Assembly (NCBI GenBank): GCA_964019425.1
Contig: OZ025789.1
Location: 434,001-498,000 of the forward strand
Source: Flectonema sp. DT1601
Taxonomy: Eukaryota
DNA length: 64,000 nt
Direction of reading: 5' to 3'
The notes under the pieces are model-generated. The model saw only the letters and a list, made by a program, of their open reading frames with translations, was not told where the DNA came from and searched no databases. The position numbers and the translations under genes are program-made. Numbering within the stretch: position 1 is the first letter of the stretch; each line of letters starts with the position of its first letter. Below, in pieces: positions 1 through 10,114 of this stretch.

Positions 1-2796
1 ACTCCATTTTCTATTTCAGTCTGCAGCGATTCCATTCCAGGGTCAACTCCTCGATTTCCAGGATCGGAAATTGAGATTTTAAATCTTCAAAAAAGACTTT
101 CAACGGCAGAAGGTGAACTCTCCTCAAAGAGAGAAAAGGATTTACAGCTGTGTGATTTATCAACAAAATTGGCTGCTGCGAATATTGAAATCGGAAGACT
201 GAGCGACTTAACTGACGGAATGAACCCGACGGGTGATCACGATTTTAAGAAAATTCAGAATAAATATTCCAGACTTCAATCTGACTATCAGGTCCTCAGT
301 AATAAGAATGTTAGTTTGCAAGAAGCTATGTATGATTTGAATCAGTCGGCTGATCAGAATGAAGATGCTGAAATTGAATTGGAAATTCTTAAAAATAAAA
401 TAACTTCTTTGGAGTCTCAGAATCTTAATCTCACAAAGTCAGTAGCAGATCTGTCTAATCAGCTATCAAATAGCGATATCAAGTTTCAGAATATACAAGT
501 AAAGTTAGATGACCAGACATCATTAACAACACAGACAGAGTTACTGAGAGAGAAAACTCGTTTATTAGAAACAGACAATCAACGGCTTGCTTATGAAGTT
601 CAACAAAAACTGAGAGAACTCGATGAAAAAGAAACTGAGTGTGAAGCAAGTCAATCAGTCATTGAGAGACTGCAAGTAGCAATTCAACGTAGTGAACAGA
701 GCAGTGAACGTAGTGAAAAGAATAGATTTGAGATTGATTCTGAGTTAGTTGTTTTGAAAGAGAGGGCTGAGACTGCGGAGTCAAAAGTTCAAACTTCTCA
801 AAATAGAATTCTATCGTTGGAGTTGGCACTCCAAGAGAGTCAATCAAAGACCAAATCATTTAATGAAATAATTAAAACAATCGGAACTGATGGCACCCAA
901 ACAGTCCAATTAAATAAACTAATCTCACAAATGTCAGCAGCCTCCAGCAATGAGTCTGTCTTACAAACACAACTCGATACTATTACAAAACAATTGTTAA
1001 CAATGCAAGGATCACCTTCAAAGATCGCAGTACTCGAATCCGAGATTGTTCGACTTCAGGAATTTGAATTAAAACTCTCAGGTCAGAATGCTCTCGCAGC
1101 AGATGAAATACTTCGTCTTGGCTCGGTTGTGGAGGGTTTGAAAACTGATAACAGCAACATGACTATTTCTATAAAACAATTGACATCTGAACTAAACATC
1201 AGCACATCTCGTAATAGTGTTTTACAGAGAGAAGTTGAATTATCACAACACATGGTGTGTACTGATTCTTCTCCATCAACAAACCAATTGACTGACATCT
1301 TATCAAATAACAAACTCCTTGAGACGGAAGTTATTCGTCTGCAGGAAGAACTCGAAGTCACGACGGCTAATCTTCAAAATGATATTTCAAAATTAGAAAG
1401 TCAATTAGAAACTACAAGAACTAACAACAACCTACTTGAAGCTGAGGTTAACCGCCTTCAGGATATTGAGAACAATAACAGCAACGTTAGTGATGGACAG
1501 CATCAGCTGTTGGCTGAAGCAAAAGTACTCCTGGAGTTGGAAGTAAAGAAACTTCGCGATGCGAACACACAATTAGTGTCAGGCTCAGAACAGCTATCTG
1601 AGAATGCTAAGAACACGAGTCAGCTTGCGTTGCAAAACTCTGAACTTCAACACGACAACGTTTCCCTTTCAACTGAAGTTAACAATTTACAAAATCAAAT
1701 ATCGAATCTGAAAGAGAAGATTGAAATCTCTAATTCTGACTACGAAGTTCTCCAAAACGAGTTGAAATTAGTACAAAAAACAGGAAGCGAACACCTGACA
1801 CTTGTTAAACAAGAAAACCACTCTCTCACTTTGAAGATTTCTTCTCTTGAAGTTGAGCTGGAGTCCAAGAAGAACGCAGAGGGTGATCAAACTCCATCAC
1901 CAACTTTCTTACAATTCGAATCGATGAAAACGATAATCGAAAAACTAAACACCGAATGCGATTCCCTAAAACAGGATAATAATTCTCTTCTCATTAAACT
2001 AAACTCATTGAATGAATTAAAAGAAGAGAATAAGTTTTTAAGATCACAAATTCAAATATTACAAGACGAAGTAGCTCGTTTAAAGAATCTCCTTGGCCAA
2101 CGTGTAGACCAAAGCGACGTGGAATTGAAAGCTACGCTCCCACAACTTCACTTAAAGGATGATTTGGATTATCAAAATCGTAGAGAATCAGCTGCTGACG
2201 TAAGTGATTACAAAATGTTCACATTACAACATGTTGATGATAGCAGGCGAGGATCAGGATCTCGTATGTCGAGTGCTCAAAGTAGTCAAGACGGTACTAA
2301 TAAAAGAATAGAACTTCTACACCAGGAAGTCTCTCGACTATCTGAACACATCAGAAGTACGAAACAAGTTCCAAGTTCACACGCAGTAACTACTGAGAGT
2401 GATATTAGTGGTGGGAAAACATCAATTAGACAGTGGGCTCAACACCAACAGGGAAGAACTCCTCTTCAGGAAGTTCTACCACTTGAGTTGAATTCCGATA
2501 AGAGTTCCACACACACAAAGAGACAGTCGTCTCAGCGTCATTCGTCACCACCTCCAAGGGCGGCTTCGTCTGTTGCGTCACAGCAGGCAGGTAGTCCAGG
2601 ATATCACCCGCAGCTGTTTGAATTACATAGACAAGACTCTGCCTTGCCGAGACCAACTCTTGTCAATCGATCTTCAGAAAAGGATGACCATATTCTTGTT
2701 CCCAGAGCTTATCTTGAATCTGTTTATGAAAGCACTGATTTATCTCGCAAGATGTGGAAGCGAAAGGAACGCGAACTCGCCATAAGAGGACACTAA
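1..2796 (+). CDS. Large coiled-coil protein, 5'-truncated by window edge
   Basis: The frame of ORF 169..2796 is open back to base 1. Heptad-rich L/E/Q/S/N composition with a low-complexity C-terminal tail. Confidence 0.75.
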   Translation, partial: TPFSISVCSDSIPGSTPRFPGSEIEILNLQKRLSTAEGELSSKREKDLQLCDLSTKLAAANIEIGRLSDLTDGMNPTGDHDFKKIQNKYSRLQSDYQVLSNKNVSLQEAMYDLNQSADQNEDAEIELEILKNKITSLESQNLNLTKSVADLSNQLSNSDIKFQNIQVKLDDQTSLTTQTELLREKTRLLETDNQRLAYEVQQKLRELDEKETECEASQSVIERLQVAIQRSEQSSERSEKNRFEIDSELVVLKERAETAESKVQTSQNRILSLELALQESQSKTKSFNEIIKTIGTDGTQTVQLNKLISQMSAASSNESVLQTQLDTITKQLLTMQGSPSKIAVLESEIVRLQEFELKLSGQNALAADEILRLGSVVEGLKTDNSNMTISIKQLTSELNISTSRNSVLQREVELSQHMVCTDSSPSTNQLTDILSNNKLLETEVIRLQEELEVTTANLQNDISKLESQLETTRTNNNLLEAEVNRLQDIENNNSNVSDGQHQLLAEAKVLLELEVKKLRDANTQLVSGSEQLSENAKNTSQLALQNSELQHDNVSLSTEVNNLQNQISNLKEKIEISNSDYEVLQNELKLVQKTGSEHLTLVKQENHSLTLKISSLEVELESKKNAEGDQTPSPTFLQFESMKTIIEKLNTECDSLKQDNNSLLIKLNSLNELKEENKFLRSQIQILQDEVARLKNLLGQRVDQSDVELKATLPQLHLKDDLDYQNRRESAADVSDYKMFTLQHVDDSRRGSGSRMSSAQSSQDGTNKRIELLHQEVSRLSEHIRSTKQVPSSHAVTTESDISGGKTSIRQWAQHQQGRTPLQEVLPLELNSDKSSTHTKRQSSQRHSSPPPRAASSVASQQAGSPGYHPQLFELHRQDSALPRPTLVNRSSEKDDHILVPRAYLESVYESTDLSRKMWKRKERELAIRGH

Positions 2797-3516
2797 AGAT
2801 GGCATCACTTTGAGTTGGTTCTGAATTGCCCTTTAAAATCCCAAAAAAAAAAAAAAAACTATTTTTATTTTCTTTCACTATTTTTTAAATTACTCCTTCG
2901 TAGTCAACTAACACCACAACTAAATCCTTTAGAGATAGAATTCCCCTTCCGATTGTGACCTCACTAGATTACTTTTTATCAAACAGACTAAGTGGTAGTA
3001 AAACGCTGCCCAATAGAGACAAAGAGAATGAAATGTTTTCTCATTTTTAAATTAGCTTCCTTGCTGTAACTGAGTTCATTTTATGTTTTTTTTTTTTTTT
3101 TTTTTTGTTTTTTTTTTTCCACCCTCCTGCCATTTTTCCTGCCAGTACCAAAAAAAAATGGGAAATTTAGTTATTTTTTCAAAAAAAAAAAAAAAAAAGT
3201 TAGAAAGCCAACAGACTTAGTAGAAAACTGCTTCCCATCTTCTTCCCTTTCTCTGGTATCTGAAGCGAGTGGTTTGGGATAACCTTGATTAGATAATTTA
3301 GTTTTTTTTATTTATTTTTATGATGACATCTTAAAAACAATATTTCAAGTAACAGGTACATCATGTAGTGAAAAAAAAAAAAAAAAAAAAAAATGAAATG
3401 TTCAATCTCTGTTTATGAATGCCACAAAAAAAAAAGAAATATTTATTTTTCACTCCAGCAAAACAACAGTCTTCTCCCTCCGTAATATGTGAAAAAAAAA
3501 AATATCAAAACAATAA

Positions 3517-4449
3517 ATGGTATTTCTTTCACAATCGAACATTGAAGTTGGGAATTGGTACGGTTCACTCTGTCGAGGAATAAGTGAAAGGAATAAGAAA
3601 ACGAGAATATTTAGTGAGGAATGGGTATTCAATCAACTTAATGAAGACGGGTTGCTAACAATCGAGAGCATGGCAAGCAGACCAGAATTGATTCAATGTT
3701 GTAGGTGTCTTCGAACGTATCGTACCCAAGATGGTGTCTCACTCATGTGTGGTCACGTTGATCACTGGCATTGCACAAGTTGTTTAGATACTTTGGTAAC
3801 TCATTCAATAGAATTTTTGTTTAAACTGAATTTTTATTCCAGTGAAAAAGCAAAAGTACTCCTTCCGGGAATCGTACTTTGCAGCATCTGCACTCACCCA
3901 TCGTTTTTATGCGCATCGATGAACAACGTCGTTGATGATGAGTGTCGTCCCTTTAGACTTGTTGAAAAAACAACTTTTTCTCTCGATGTTGATGCTACCA
4001 ATGCAATGACATACTACGTTGAGTCGTTGTTTCAAAATGAAAGAAGAGCTTTTGCTGGGATGTTTGGTGAAGAGAATCTTCTCGTTGTTGACTTTAGAGG
4101 TGGTTGGTCATCAGATGAGAACACAAACTACCCGAAAGGTCGACGTTCAGTAAAATGTCCAAACGCTTCTTATCACTGGATATCAGATTGGTCGATTGAG
4201 AAGACTTCTCGTAAAGATAACCAAGGTTGGCAATACGCATTCAATTGGCCAGGCAGCGGTTCTTTTGATCGATTCTTTGCCCCTCGCTGGTGCAAAGACG
4301 GCAGCCCAACAAAATTTGTCCGAAGAAGAAAATGGTGCCGAACTCGAATTCGACTTTCTGAAGACGATCTCCTCCTCCTTGAAATGGTAAGACAACCCAG
4401 CAAATATTGGGAAATTATACTGAGCGAGCTTATTGAGGAATATGAGTAA
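3517..4449 (+). CDS. Cys/His zinc-finger (RING-like) plus DysF (dysferlin/Pex24p-type) domain protein
   Basis: CCRC...CGHVDHWHCTSC...CSIC, then FQNERR...GWS...WISDW...GWQYAFNWP...FVRRRKWCRTR, the DysF signature. Confidence 0.75.
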   Translation: MVFLSQSNIEVGNWYGSLCRGISERNKKTRIFSEEWVFNQLNEDGLLTIESMASRPELIQCCRCLRTYRTQDGVSLMCGHVDHWHCTSCLDTLVTHSIEFLFKLNFYSSEKAKVLLPGIVLCSICTHPSFLCASMNNVVDDECRPFRLVEKTTFSLDVDATNAMTYYVESLFQNERRAFAGMFGEENLLVVDFRGGWSSDENTNYPKGRRSVKCPNASYHWISDWSIEKTSRKDNQGWQYAFNWPGSGSFDRFFAPRWCKDGSPTKFVRRRKWCRTRIRLSEDDLLLLEMVRQPSKYWEIILSELIEEYE

Positions 4450-4837
4450 TATAAACCCCTCGTCTTCAAAAAAAAATTGCGATGATTCGTTTTTCTGATG
4501 GGTTCTGTGCTTTGATACGGCATCAATTTACCCCTCCTTTCTGCTTCACCTATCTTTTTATTCAATTTTTTTAGTGCTCAATTCGTCTTCACAATCAGTT
4601 ATGTTCTGATAGCCGTGGGGAGCATTGTCTTTTTTATTTTTTTTTATTTTTTTTATTTATTAGTTTTGTTTTTCAACATCGAGTCTATGATATTATATTG
4701 CATTGTTTTTGTGTGTACCGTGGAGTGGCACTACGGATATGATAATATTTTTTTTCAAATTTTTTTTTTATTTTTTTTTTCTTCTCAGGCTACACACTTT
4801 GAAAAAACCGAATCTAAAAAAAAAAAAAAAAAAAAAA

Positions 4838-5071
4838 ATGCCACACGCAGGTCTCTCAAAAGCAAAGGCAGAAGGCAGGCCAAGTAAAGCAGCTCCACTA
4901 GTTCGCGATCCAATCTGTAAGGGGAAGCCGGGATCGTTGGGAGAATTGTCTTGCGTGTCGAACATGTCAAACCACACTTTTAAATACAATATTAGCTTCC
5001 CTCAATGGGCACCTGATGGTAGACTTGATATATTTGGTAACCTCTGTGAAGCTGGTGATGAGTGTTTGTAA
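4838..5071 (+). CDS. 77-aa hypothetical protein, copy 1
   Basis: ATG at 4838 after a poly-A run, ending at TAA. Nucleotide-identical to 5534-5767. Confidence 0.7.
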   Translation: MPHAGLSKAKAEGRPSKAAPLVRDPICKGKPGSLGELSCVSNMSNHTFKYNISFPQWAPDGRLDIFGNLCEAGDECL

Positions 5072-5533
5072 GAAATTCTATTTCCATCTTAACTATACCA
5101 TTATGCGTTGTTATCTACTCCACTGGTCAAATATTGTAGCTTGAATTCCATTGCGCACAGCATGTTAATCAATTTACACTAAACACGACTGACTGTCATT
5201 GCAGTCTACCAGTTATATTAAAAAAAAAAAATTATTTAATTTGAACGAAACTTTTACACAGAAGTCATAACAAAAAAGAACGAACGCAACCTATAAAAAT
5301 AACTAAAATAAAAGAAGATTTAAAAAAAAAACTAATTAGTAAGTGAATGTTTATAGCAAAAGTTGTCACGGTAATTATTAATTTTAGAATTCGACAGGAG
5401 AAACACTTTTGTGTTATGTATATGACATTGGATGACATTTATTACTCTGACTGAAAAAAAAAAAAAAAAAAAAAAAAAAATTACTTTTAACATTTCCAAC
5501 CTAACAGTTTTACACCACTTATACACTTTTAAA

Positions 5534-5767
5534 ATGCCACACGCAGGTCTCTCAAAAGCAAAGGCAGAAGGCAGGCCAAGTAAAGCAGCTCCACTAGTTC
5601 GCGATCCAATCTGTAAGGGGAAGCCGGGATCGTTGGGAGAATTGTCTTGCGTGTCGAACATGTCAAACCACACTTTTAAATACAATATTAGCTTCCCTCA
5701 ATGGGCACCTGATGGTAGACTTGATATATTTGGTAACCTCTGTGAAGCTGGTGATGAGTGTTTGTAA
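5534..5767 (+). CDS. 77-aa hypothetical protein, copy 2
   Basis: Identical CDS to 4838-5071 with unrelated flanks. Confidence 0.7.
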   Translation: MPHAGLSKAKAEGRPSKAAPLVRDPICKGKPGSLGELSCVSNMSNHTFKYNISFPQWAPDGRLDIFGNLCEAGDECL

Positions 5768-6366
5768 GTAACGTAGCGTTATTTTAAAAAAAAAAAAAAA
5801 AAAACCTTTTACACACACAAAAAAAAAAAGAAAAGAAAAAAGTGAAGAAGAAAAAAAAGAGACGCAAAAAAAAAAAAAAAGAAAGTGGGATGGGGAGACT
5901 GTTTTTTTTGCATGGCTTTTCTATGTGACCTTATAGGGCAGAACAAATCTCTTTTTCCTACTCAATCTCTGTCTCAAACTCCTGTGCAACACGCACCGTT
6001 TCACGATGTGGTGCTTCGTTTTGTTTAATTATCGTCTCCAATTTATTTTTTGTTTACTTTCTACTCCTCTTTTCCCTTATTCTAATCTCCTCAGGTCACA
6101 GGTTGAGATAAAAATCTTTTTTCTTATTTCATGGAAATAGATCTGTTGTTTTGAACCTTATTTAATCATTAACAGGGCAACTCACTATGAAAGCCATCCT
6201 GTACTGAACTCTAATACTCTGATGTGTTCATTGTTATGACTTTTGAAAGAGAAACAATCAGTGAACCCATATCGAGCGATGCTTCAACAGCATTTTTGTC
6301 CTCGCCCTTCTTAAAATAACTTCTTCGTAAAAAAAAAAAAAACAGGAATACTCCCTCAACCAAAAT

Positions 6367-9300
6367 ATGGATATAAAAAAAAAAACAATCTGTACAACGA
6401 TTATAATTTTATTGTTACTTATGACTTTACACTCAATGAGTCTTGACCACCACGATGTGTCAATTAAGGTTAGAACATTGAGAAAGAAACAATCAGTGAA
6501 CCCATATATCAATACCATCAGACTGACTGGTTGTATAAATACGGATCTACTAATAAACGAATCGACAGCAGTGGTAACGATGCTTCAACAGCAAAATCAA
6601 GGAAGTGTTAGGAGTTTGATCGCGATGTCTGAAAAATGTAAAACTACGATGATCTTATTTGAAATTTTTGAAAATCCGATCACCCCAAACTATCGGCGAC
6701 TACTACAACATTCCGGTTGGAAAATATGCACCGTCCGCCGACTTGGTCCTTCAAGAGACTCATACACGTTAATTAGAATGTGGGAACTAAATTTAAAAAG
6801 AATCTACTACATCTCACCTCAGTCACTAGTCATGACAAATATTAGTTCCATTTCAAACAGCTTACCGATTGATATAAAAACAATTGGGGCTGTGATGTCA
6901 TATAATATAAAGAGTCGTAGTTGGAATAAAAATGAATTCTCTACTCAAAGTCTAGTCGTAAGTCCGAATCGAAGAGATGCACAGCTGCTAAGAAGGGAAT
7001 TGTCTCTTTTTGGTAAGAGTGGTAGTCATAGTTTTCACACGGTCGTGAATAAAGTCTTTAAAAACAAATGGATCAACGTTGGTTTTGGAATGTGTGCTGA
7101 CAGTTCATTGTCAAAGCTGAATAGGCCTTATTGGCAGGCCTTTCAAAGTAACATATTCATAATTTGTTTTACAAATCCACCATGGTTACCTCAAACCGAA
7201 CTTCACGAGTTGTGGTCATCAAACAGCAGCAAGTTAAATAAAATTTCTAGATTTCCTCATTTATGGCAACGGACACCACAAGATTTGATTCACACCACGT
7301 CACCATTGACACAATACACGACTGATATTATGGAAAATGCAAATTTGTATATCGATCCTTTGCAATATAAAAAAAACAACGCGATGGCTATTCAGAATCC
7401 AATTTCTATGAAGATAGTAACAGCAGATAGAAGAATCGAACGAATAAAAAGAAAAATTGAAGATATTCAACATGACTGGTGCTCTGATGACGTCCCTACA
7501 GACCATGAGTGGGTAATCACCATTGGGATACCGACAACCGACACGGAGAATTCCCTTCAAAGACGTCTCCTTCAACGGGATACATGTTTTTCATCACCTG
7601 TTGTTTGGTCATCAACAAAAAAATTTTCACCACTAGTTTCAGTTTTAGTTAAATATATAATTTCAACATCAGAAATTGATAATTCGAATCCGTCAGCTTC
7701 AATGTTAACAGAAGCAGCTCTGACAAGGGATTTCATTCTTTTTAATATTGAGAGTGATACCAACCTCCCTAATCGTCAATTATCACAAAATATTTTATCA
7801 TGTCGTAAGCTACTCGCATGGTTCAACTATGTAGCAGATACGTACAAGACTGATTATGTTGCGAAAGCTTCTGAAGACAGTTTTATAAACATTCCAAGGC
7901 TACTTTGGGAATTATATTCACTTCAGGTTCCAAGAATTCATTTCGGAAGACGTGACGACAGCGGCATTAAAGAAGAAATCTATTCAACAACCTCCTCTTT
8001 GGTGATATTCAGTTTCGATGTTGTCGATTGGTTTAGAGACAGCAGCATTGTAGAAACTCTGACAGACTTTTTTAATGAAAGTGTGCTTCCGTCACTTTGG
8101 TTACACATTGGGTCAGTACCCGTTAATAAGGTTTCACACTGTGGGATTTCTAAGTATTCACCTGGTTCTGTACCCAGTGACTTTATAGAGTCTGTTCAGG
8201 TAGCGAACATACCCCATGATGTTCCACAATTTTATTATAATTTAGTATCGCTGTATGCCAGTACTCCTATCACACCTCCGACAGAAGTCTGGTCATCACT
8301 TCCACTCCGATTTGGTGAAAATTTCTTTGCTATAAATAGAAAACTTTGTAAGGAACTTTCAATCAAATTGTTTGAGAAAATTCCTTTTATAACACAGCGT
8401 GGTTCGCGTGGGGGTTTTGGATTAAGAAAAACAACAGCTTCTCGCCTGAGTAGGATTTCAACTAACGGAACACTTCAAACAGCTGATGTTATTAATATAA
8501 GCAATAATAGTAATCAATTGACTGTCTTGAAGTTAAACAGCTCTGATAGCCATCCAACTAATGAACTTAAGGAAGATGTTAATCAAAATAAGACTTCTGT
8601 AGTCGAGAGTGAGGCCTCGACGGATGGAAGTAATCGGAGCTCGCTGTTCGTTGAAAATAACGAACTCTTTCAAAACAACACTCCAGACAGTCACATTGCT
8701 GAAGATATTCAACAAAACGATACCAATATTAGTTTATCTGATCACCTCACTTCGAATGAGGTCTCATTGGCTGAAGACGAGTCGTTTGTCGAGACGGAAA
8801 AGTTTATTCAAATCGATGATGTCCTTCCTCCGACTAATTCCACTCTCGTGGGACCACACAACGAAAGCAACTCAGAAATACCAACTAGTGATGTGTTACA
8901 GTCTGAATCTAATAAAGGAAGTCAGGGACCATCACAAACTGTTCACGTCTCTCACACGAGTGAGAATTCTACAACCGTCCGGACCAAACTTGCGAGTAAC
9001 AAGTCGATAGCTGAAGCTGATGGAGAGTCGCATGTGGAGAGGGAAGTCACGCCGACTAATTCCACTCTCGTGAGACCACACAACGAAAGTAATTCAGAAA
9101 TACCAACTAGTGATGTGTTGCAGTCTAAAGAATCATTACTCAGTGACAAGTCCATTCAGATTGTTAACGTTACTCACACTAGTGTGAATTATACTTCTAT
9201 CCGACAAAGCGATATCGAACCTGCGAGTGACGTGTCGATGGCTGAAGTTAATGACAGCCAGAAGTCAATGATTGAAGAGGGTAGTGAACTCATTCAAAAT

Positions 9301-9861
9301 AATAATTCCGACAGTCTGGTTGCGAATCTCCAAAGCCAACTTCTCGATGGAACTCCGACGGGTGACATGCAAAAGAACGAAACCAAAACTAATTCTGATC
9401 ATCGCACTGCGAGTGACATGTTGATACCTGAAGCTGATGGAGAGTCATATGTCGAGAGGGAAGTCACGCCGACTAATTCCACTCTCGTGGGACCACGCAA
9501 CGAAATTAATTTAAAAATACCAACTAGTGATGTGTTACAGTCTGAATCTAATAATGGAAGTCAGGGACCATCACAAACTGTTCACGTCTCTTACACGAGT
9601 GAGAATTCTACAACCGTCCATCAAAGGGATACCAAACCCGTGAGTGACATGTTGAGAGCTGAAGCTGATGGAGAGTCGCATGTGGAGAGGGAAGTCACGC
9701 CGACTAATTCCACTCTCGTGAGACCACACAACGAAAGTAATTCAGAAATACCAACTAGTGATGTGTTGCAGTCTAAAGAATCATTACTCAGTGACAAGTC
9801 CATTCAGATTGTTAACGTTACTCACACTAGTGTGAATTATACTGCCGTCCTTCCAAAATAA
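6367..9861 (+). CDS. Type II membrane protein with degenerate GT8-like and GT31/GT67-like glycosyltransferase domains and an S/T/N-rich repetitive C-terminus
   Basis: N-terminal TM (IIILLLLMTL). GT8-like GWKIC...MWEL...IYYISPQSLV...FST. GT31-like TIGIPT...QRRLLQRDTCF...KLLAWFNY...DYVAKASEDSFINI. Confidence 0.65.
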   Translation: MDIKKKTICTTIIILLLLMTLHSMSLDHHDVSIKVRTLRKKQSVNPYINTIRLTGCINTDLLINESTAVVTMLQQQNQGSVRSLIAMSEKCKTTMILFEIFENPITPNYRRLLQHSGWKICTVRRLGPSRDSYTLIRMWELNLKRIYYISPQSLVMTNISSISNSLPIDIKTIGAVMSYNIKSRSWNKNEFSTQSLVVSPNRRDAQLLRRELSLFGKSGSHSFHTVVNKVFKNKWINVGFGMCADSSLSKLNRPYWQAFQSNIFIICFTNPPWLPQTELHELWSSNSSKLNKISRFPHLWQRTPQDLIHTTSPLTQYTTDIMENANLYIDPLQYKKNNAMAIQNPISMKIVTADRRIERIKRKIEDIQHDWCSDDVPTDHEWVITIGIPTTDTENSLQRRLLQRDTCFSSPVVWSSTKKFSPLVSVLVKYIISTSEIDNSNPSASMLTEAALTRDFILFNIESDTNLPNRQLSQNILSCRKLLAWFNYVADTYKTDYVAKASEDSFINIPRLLWELYSLQVPRIHFGRRDDSGIKEEIYSTTSSLVIFSFDVVDWFRDSSIVETLTDFFNESVLPSLWLHIGSVPVNKVSHCGISKYSPGSVPSDFIESVQVANIPHDVPQFYYNLVSLYASTPITPPTEVWSSLPLRFGENFFAINRKLCKELSIKLFEKIPFITQRGSRGGFGLRKTTASRLSRISTNGTLQTADVINISNNSNQLTVLKLNSSDSHPTNELKEDVNQNKTSVVESEASTDGSNRSSLFVENNELFQNNTPDSHIAEDIQQNDTNISLSDHLTSNEVSLAEDESFVETEKFIQIDDVLPPTNSTLVGPHNESNSEIPTSDVLQSESNKGSQGPSQTVHVSHTSENSTTVRTKLASNKSIAEADGESHVEREVTPTNSTLVRPHNESNSEIPTSDVLQSKESLLSDKSIQIVNVTHTSVNYTSIRQSDIEPASDVSMAEVNDSQKSMIEEGSELIQNNNSDSLVANLQSQLLDGTPTGDMQKNETKTNSDHRTASDMLIPEADGESYVEREVTPTNSTLVGPRNEINLKIPTSDVLQSESNNGSQGPSQTVHVSYTSENSTTVHQRDTKPVSDMLRAEADGESHVEREVTPTNSTLVRPHNESNSEIPTSDVLQSKESLLSDKSIQIVNVTHTSVNYTAVLPK
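8830..9843 (+). repeat. Intragenic coding repeats (mucin-like tail)
   Basis: 9009-9195 is identical to 9657-9843 (187 bp). ~8830-8980 is near-identical to ~9470-9620. The PTNSTLV...IPTSDVLQS peptide occurs four times. Confidence 0.9.
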
Positions 9862-10114
9862 TATCCGTCACACTCTCACACCTTTATTACATTCGTAGAT
9901 TTTATAAAGACTTTTTTCTTAACGATTCTTAATCATAACAAAAATTAGAATCCTTTCTGTTATGACTTATGTGTTCTTCTCTTTTTTATTTTTCATCGTA
10001 GTTTACTTTGTCCTTATGGAGTTGTTTTGATGGTTTTTTTTTTCTTTTTCTTTTTTTTTTTTTTTCTTCCAGTAACTTTGTATTTACACTTTAAGAAATA
10101 TTTATAATATAATA

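Noticed and set aside
8830..9843. CRISPR-like array
   Set aside because: Long in-frame coding repeats in a eukaryotic gene, with no short repeat/unique spacer pattern and no cas genes.
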